The notes under the pieces are model-generated. The model was not told the DNA's origin, searched no databases, and saw nothing but the letters and a program-made list of their open reading frames with translations. A program made the translations under genes and the position numbers. A stretch of DNA of 64,000 nucleotides from Piscirickettsiaceae bacterium (GTDB lineage Bacteria; Pseudomonadota; Gammaproteobacteria; Nitrosococcales; Methylophagaceae), in the NCBI GenBank assembly GCA_013215825.1, contig JABSQN010000006.1, forward strand, positions 37,099-101,098, in the 5' to 3' direction. Shown one piece after another: positions 60,260 to 64,000 of the stretch. Every line of letters starts with the position of its first letter. Within the stretch, counting starts at the first letter, position 1.

Positions 60260-60631
60260 TTAAGCTTGTGTTTCAGGTGGAATAGCATCATCTTCAGCCC
60301 AAGCATCAAAGCCGCCCAACATTGAATGGACATTAGTAAAACCAAGTTGCTGTAATGTTGCGGTTGCCAACGCCGAGCGACCGCCCGTTTTACAATAGAC
60401 AACAATAGACGTATTTTTATCCTGAAACTCAGGATGACTAGCGATCATAAATTCCAACATACCGCGTGAAATATGGAATGCATCGGGAATATGTCCTGTT
60501 TGATATTCAAGCAATTCACGCACATCGAGAGCGATACTGCTATCATCTAGCATGCTGATTGCTTGTGCTAGAGTGACTTCAGTGATGATTGATTTAGCGT
60601 GTTGAACTAGCTCCATGGCTGTTTTCGACAT
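60260..60631 (-). CDS. Single-domain rhodanese (sulfurtransferase)
   Basis: Active-site loop VVYCKTGGRS, and GGFDAW near the C-terminus. Confidence 0.88.
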   Translation of the reverse strand: MSKTAMELVQHAKSIITEVTLAQAISMLDDSSIALDVRELLEYQTGHIPDAFHISRGMLEFMIASHPEFQDKNTSIVVYCKTGGRSALATATLQQLGFTNVHSMLGGFDAWAEDDAIPPETQA

Positions 60632-60738
60632 TATTTTCTCCTGAGTAAAGTATTAAAACTAGTGATTATTCTATATTAGAATTAACTGATATGATAAAAC
60701 AGTTTTATACTACGCCTTTCTACTAAATTGTGTGATGT

Positions 60739-61719
60739 ATGTTTGCTTATATTGTAAGAAGAATTTTATATGCATTCCCTATTTTAATCGGGGTCAATGC
60801 ACTAACGTTTGCTCTGTTTTTTATGGTAAATACGCCGGATGATATGGCACGTATGCACTTGGGTGTTAAGCATGTGACACAAGAGTCGATGGATGCATGG
60901 AAGCAAGAACGCGGTTATGACAAAGCCTTACTATGGAATAGTGAAACCAGAGGTATCGACAAAGTGACGGATACAATATTCTTTAATACCTCGCTTAAAT
61001 TGTTCGTATTTCAGTTTGGCCAAGCAGATGATGGGCGCGATATTGCGCGCGATATAAAAGTGAGAATGTGGCCAAGTCTAGCCATTGCTATTCCCATATT
61101 TATCGTTGGCTTATTAGTTAATATTACCTTTGCCTTATTAATGGTCTTTTTTCGAGCAACGTATATTGATTTATCAGGCGTAGTTTTGTGCGTGGTAATT
61201 ATGTCAATATCTGGCCTGTTTTATATTATTGGAGGGCAGTTTTTAATTGGCAAGTTAATGCAATTAGTGCCTATTTCTGGTTATGCCGAAGGGTTCAGTG
61301 CCATTAAATTTCTTATCTTACCTGTTGCCATTGGTATCGTATCGGGCATCGGTGCTGGTTCTCGGTGGTATCGCACTTTATTCTTAGAAGAAGTATCAAA
61401 AGACTATGTACGAACCGCACGAGCCAAGGGGTTATCAGAAGTGCAAGTCTTGTTTAAGCATGTATTAAAAAACGCCATGATTCCTATTCTAACGGGTGCT
61501 GTGGTGGTGTTGCCAACCTTATTTATGGGGAGCTTGATATTGGAATCATTCTTTGGCATTCCCGGCTTAGGCAGTTACACCATTGATGCTATTCAAGCAC
61601 AAGACTTTGCCATTGTTCGAGCGATGGTGTTTTTAGGCTCGGTGCTTTATATTCTTGGTTTGGTATTAACAGACCTTTCTTACACCTTAGTGGATCCGCG
61701 AGTACGTTTAGATGGCTAA
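60739..61719 (+). CDS. ABC transporter permease (DppB/YejB-like, family-5 importer type)
   Basis: N-terminal YIVRRILYAFPILIGV, EAA loop YVRTARAKGLSE, and C-terminal LVDPRVR. Confidence 0.88.
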   Translation: MFAYIVRRILYAFPILIGVNALTFALFFMVNTPDDMARMHLGVKHVTQESMDAWKQERGYDKALLWNSETRGIDKVTDTIFFNTSLKLFVFQFGQADDGRDIARDIKVRMWPSLAIAIPIFIVGLLVNITFALLMVFFRATYIDLSGVVLCVVIMSISGLFYIIGGQFLIGKLMQLVPISGYAEGFSAIKFLILPVAIGIVSGIGAGSRWYRTLFLEEVSKDYVRTARAKGLSEVQVLFKHVLKNAMIPILTGAVVVLPTLFMGSLILESFFGIPGLGSYTIDAIQAQDFAIVRAMVFLGSVLYILGLVLTDLSYTLVDPRVRLDG

Positions 61720-62503
61720 TAATTTACGACAACAGGCTTTAGAATGCTTATTAATTACCGATCCACTTATTAAAGTTGAACAAACATTTCAACTTTATAA
61801 ACAGTGGCAAGAGGGCGAACTAGAATTATCACACGAGGAACTTAATGTTCCGGATATGCCCGGGCATCCTGATAAGCCAGAGCTGGTGGCAGCAAAGGAT
61901 TTACCGAGGCGACGAAATAGTGCGAAAACAGGTAATGCAACATTAATTCATGCGATTACACACATTGAATTTAATGCGATTAACCTTGCTTGGGATGCTG
62001 TTGCTCGATTCCCTAATTTACCACGACAATTTTATGATGACTGGGTACGCGTTGCCTTTGAAGAAGCAGAACACTTCACCTTATTACGCAATCATTTGTT
62101 AAGCTTAGGCTATGATTATGGTGACTTTCCTGCTCATACTGGCATGTGGGAAATGGCACAAAAAACACATCATGATCCATTAATAAGAATGGCATTAGTG
62201 CCACGAGTATTAGAAGCAAGAGGCTTGGATGTTACGCCGAAAATGATGAATAAATTACGGGGTAGTGGTGATCATCGTGCGGTTGAAATATTAGAAATTA
62301 TTTTAAAAGAAGAAATTGGACATGTAAAAATCGGCACGCATTGGTTTAATTATCTGTGTGATAAGAGAAATCTCGATTCATTAAGCACATTCAAAGACTT
62401 ATTAGATAATTATTTTGATGGCAAGTTACGCGGCCCATTTAATATTGAAGCACGGCTACAAGCTGGTTTTACCGATGCTGAAATGGCATTGCTTGAGAGC
62501 TGA
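61712..62503 (+). CDS. DUF455 ferritin-like (di-iron carboxylate type) protein
   Basis: IEFNAINLAWDAV...EEAEHF...EEIGHV helices with E..H pairs typical of DUF455. ATG overlaps the permease stop (ATGGCTAA). Confidence 0.7.
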   Translation: MANNLRQQALECLLITDPLIKVEQTFQLYKQWQEGELELSHEELNVPDMPGHPDKPELVAAKDLPRRRNSAKTGNATLIHAITHIEFNAINLAWDAVARFPNLPRQFYDDWVRVAFEEAEHFTLLRNHLLSLGYDYGDFPAHTGMWEMAQKTHHDPLIRMALVPRVLEARGLDVTPKMMNKLRGSGDHRAVEILEIILKEEIGHVKIGTHWFNYLCDKRNLDSLSTFKDLLDNYFDGKLRGPFNIEARLQAGFTDAEMALLES

Positions 62504-62504
62504 A

Positions 62505-62807
62505 TTATGTCGCTGCCGTTCGTGAAATACGGTTTAGAATTTTAGAGATAATAAAGAAGTTTAAAACAAGAAAAAACAGACCTATTCCCCATGAGACTTT
62601 ATTTTCTTGTGTAAATAGGCTGGCATTTGGCAACAGCATAATAAATTCACCATGGCCAGGTACGAATGCCGGCATTAATAAGGCACCGATAAAGCCGGTT
62701 AGCGTGATAAATGTTTTTCGGTATTGTGCGCGATGAGTGATTAACCACATCACGATAAATAAGATGGTTATCCAGATGAATAAATGACTATCAAATTCAA
62801 TACGCAT
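62505..62807 (-). CDS. Hypothetical membrane protein (about 3 TM helices)
   Basis: Hydrophobic ORF only. Confidence 0.4.
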   Translation of the reverse strand: MRIEFDSHLFIWITILFIVMWLITHRAQYRKTFITLTGFIGALLMPAFVPGHGEFIMLLPNASLFTQENKVSWGIGLFFLVLNFFIISKILNRISRTAAT

Positions 62808-62813
62808 CGTTTT

Positions 62814-63122
62814 TTAGCCTTTTAATGCTTTCTTTCGTTCCATCTCAGCTTTTTGGCGACGCGACTCTTTTGGATCCGCAATAAGTTTTCGATATATTTC
62901 AATGCGATCTTTATTGCGTAAGCTTGCATTTAGTTTACACATTTTGCCAAAAATACCGACTTTATCAGTTTCAAGATTAATTTGAGGATAGGTTTCTAAA
63001 ATCCCCGAACGGTTAATAACATCTTCCACCGTACAGTTATCATCAACATCTAAAGATAAAATGACTTGTTCATCAGGTAGGGCGTAGGCAAGCTCTACCG
63101 TGATTTGTTTAATCGTTTCCAT
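62814..63122 (-). CDS. rnfH: RnfH-family ubiquitin-fold protein
   Basis: METIKQITVELAYALPDEQ..., with a basic C-terminus. Downstream of ratA and overlapping it. The ATG at 63122 is preferred over the track start at 63266. Confidence 0.8.
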   Translation of the reverse strand: METIKQITVELAYALPDEQVILSLDVDDNCTVEDVINRSGILETYPQINLETDKVGIFGKMCKLNASLRNKDRIEIYRKLIADPKESRRQKAEMERKKALKG

Positions 63123-63549
63123 ATATTTCCTGTGCGCGCTTACAAAATGCATCAACGAGAGAACCTGAGATCTGAGTGAAAATAGGGCCCAGCGCCATAC
63201 TAATAATTTTATTTGAAAATTCAAAATCCATATCAAGTTGTATCCGACAGCCTTGATTATCACCAATCATATTAAACTGCCAAAAACCTTCGAGATGTTG
63301 AAAGGGGCCATTAATAAGCTCGATAGAAATAGATTCACCATGTATCACCGAATTCCTTGTTGAGAATACGTGATGAATGCCTCCCTTCGCCAACTCTAAT
63401 GATGCAGAAATAACATGCTCTGTTTTACTGAGTATTTGACTTGAACGGCACCAGGGCAAAAATGAGGGATAAGCCTCGACATCGTTAACCAAATCAAACA
63501 TTTGATCGGGTGAGTATAAAACAAGTGAACTGCGAGTAATCGTCGTCAT
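63109..63549 (-). CDS. ratA: SRPBCC/START-fold protein RatA (YfjG/Coq10-like)
   Basis: 146 aa. VNDVEAYPSFLPWC motif. Conserved pairing with rnfH. Confidence 0.82.
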   Translation of the reverse strand: MTTITRSSLVLYSPDQMFDLVNDVEAYPSFLPWCRSSQILSKTEHVISASLELAKGGIHHVFSTRNSVIHGESISIELINGPFQHLEGFWQFNMIGDNQGCRIQLDMDFEFSNKIISMALGPIFTQISGSLVDAFCKRAQEIYGND

Positions 63550-63560
63550 AGGAACTTAAT

Positions 63561-64000
63561 TTAACCTAAAATACCGATAATGTTCAAAAACACTATCATG
63601 ATAGCCAATGGAGAAATATAACAGATAAGGAGTCGCCATATCTTATAAGCAAATGGTGATTGAATAGCAAGCTCTTCTTGAACACTGGCGCGTGACATTT
63701 TCCAGCCGGCAAAAATAGCAATAGATAGGCCGCCTAGAGGTAACATGATATTAGTTGTTAAATAGTCTAATAAGCCAAACATGGTCATGCCGAATAACAA
63801 CCAGTTTTCACCGATATTTAATGAGAATACGGTTAATAAACCTAATGCCCACGTTGCAAAGCCGGCTGTGACACTAGCACGGCGGCGGCTGATTTGTTTA
63901 TTTTCAACTAGCCATGCAATTGCCGGTTCAATAAGGGATATTGCTGAAGTCCATGCCGCAAATACGAGTAATAGGAAGAATAAGCCACCAAATAGTGCAC
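63561..64000 (-). CDS. Sodium-dependent (NSS/SNF family) transporter, C-terminal part; CDS continues beyond the window
   Basis: The frame stays open to the window edge: ...FFLLLVFAAWTSAISLIEPAIAWLVE...GENWLLFGMTMFGLLDYLTTNIMLPLGG.... The ORF track only reports from TTG 63800. Confidence 0.8.
   Translation of the reverse strand, partial: ALFGGLFFLLLVFAAWTSAISLIEPAIAWLVENKQISRRRASVTAGFATWALGLLTVFSLNIGENWLLFGMTMFGLLDYLTTNIMLPLGGLSIAIFAGWKMSRASVQEELAIQSPFAYKIWRLLICYISPLAIMIVFLNIIGILG

Overview
Most of this window is core chromosome from an AT-rich gammaproteobacterium. It carries a PomAB sodium-type flagellar stator. The gene order resembles Pseudomonas and marine gammaproteobacteria (hupB-ppiD-fabI, and leuD-leuB-asd-fimV-truA-trpFBA-accD-folC). 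I cannot name the species.

Core genes recognised from hallmark motifs:
- An Rrf2-regulated sufBCDS-sufU-sufT operon, then maeA, valS, a PAS-GGDEF-EAL protein, holC and pepA.
- lptFG, and lptD-surA-pdxA-rsmA.
- Four tRNAs: Glu and Ala on the minus strand, Val and Asp on the plus strand.
- pomAB, the leu/asd/fimV/trp/accD/folC block, a fadD-like/fadL pair, trmB, edd-eda, rnfH/ratA, and a partial NSS transporter.

No rRNA genes or CRISPR arrays were seen.

Four things stand out:
1. A roughly 5.3 kb accessory island (about 19320-24610) lies between lptG and the tRNA-Glu/tRNA-Ala operon. It has no integrase. It holds a 5'-truncated beta-class DNA methyltransferase, a Bro-N antirepressor gene with two in-frame stop codons, and intact orphan genes. 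Five of these orphans form a tightly packed convergent cassette with two single-pass membrane proteins. This cassette is my best candidate for an undescribed phage-defence or exclusion-type system.
2. A palindromic MITE-like repeat family has four copies, each built around ATTCCC-N8-GGGAAT hairpins. Copies sit inside the sufB-sufC spacer, in the edd-eda spacer, and upstream of the DUF692 gene.
3. A DUF692 (MNIO) and DUF2063 pair lacks the usual adjacent small Cys-rich precursor gene. It lies downstream of a rhodanese gene and a secreted 250-aa protein whose only cysteines form a CGC motif.
4. Smaller oddities include a REC-GHKL (RsbW-like) fusion, a family-5 ABC binding protein separated by about 24 kb from its lone permease, a permease translationally coupled to a DUF455 protein, and a YceI-like gene coupled to pomB.

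All functional calls come from reading the translations and the DNA by eye. No database search was run.
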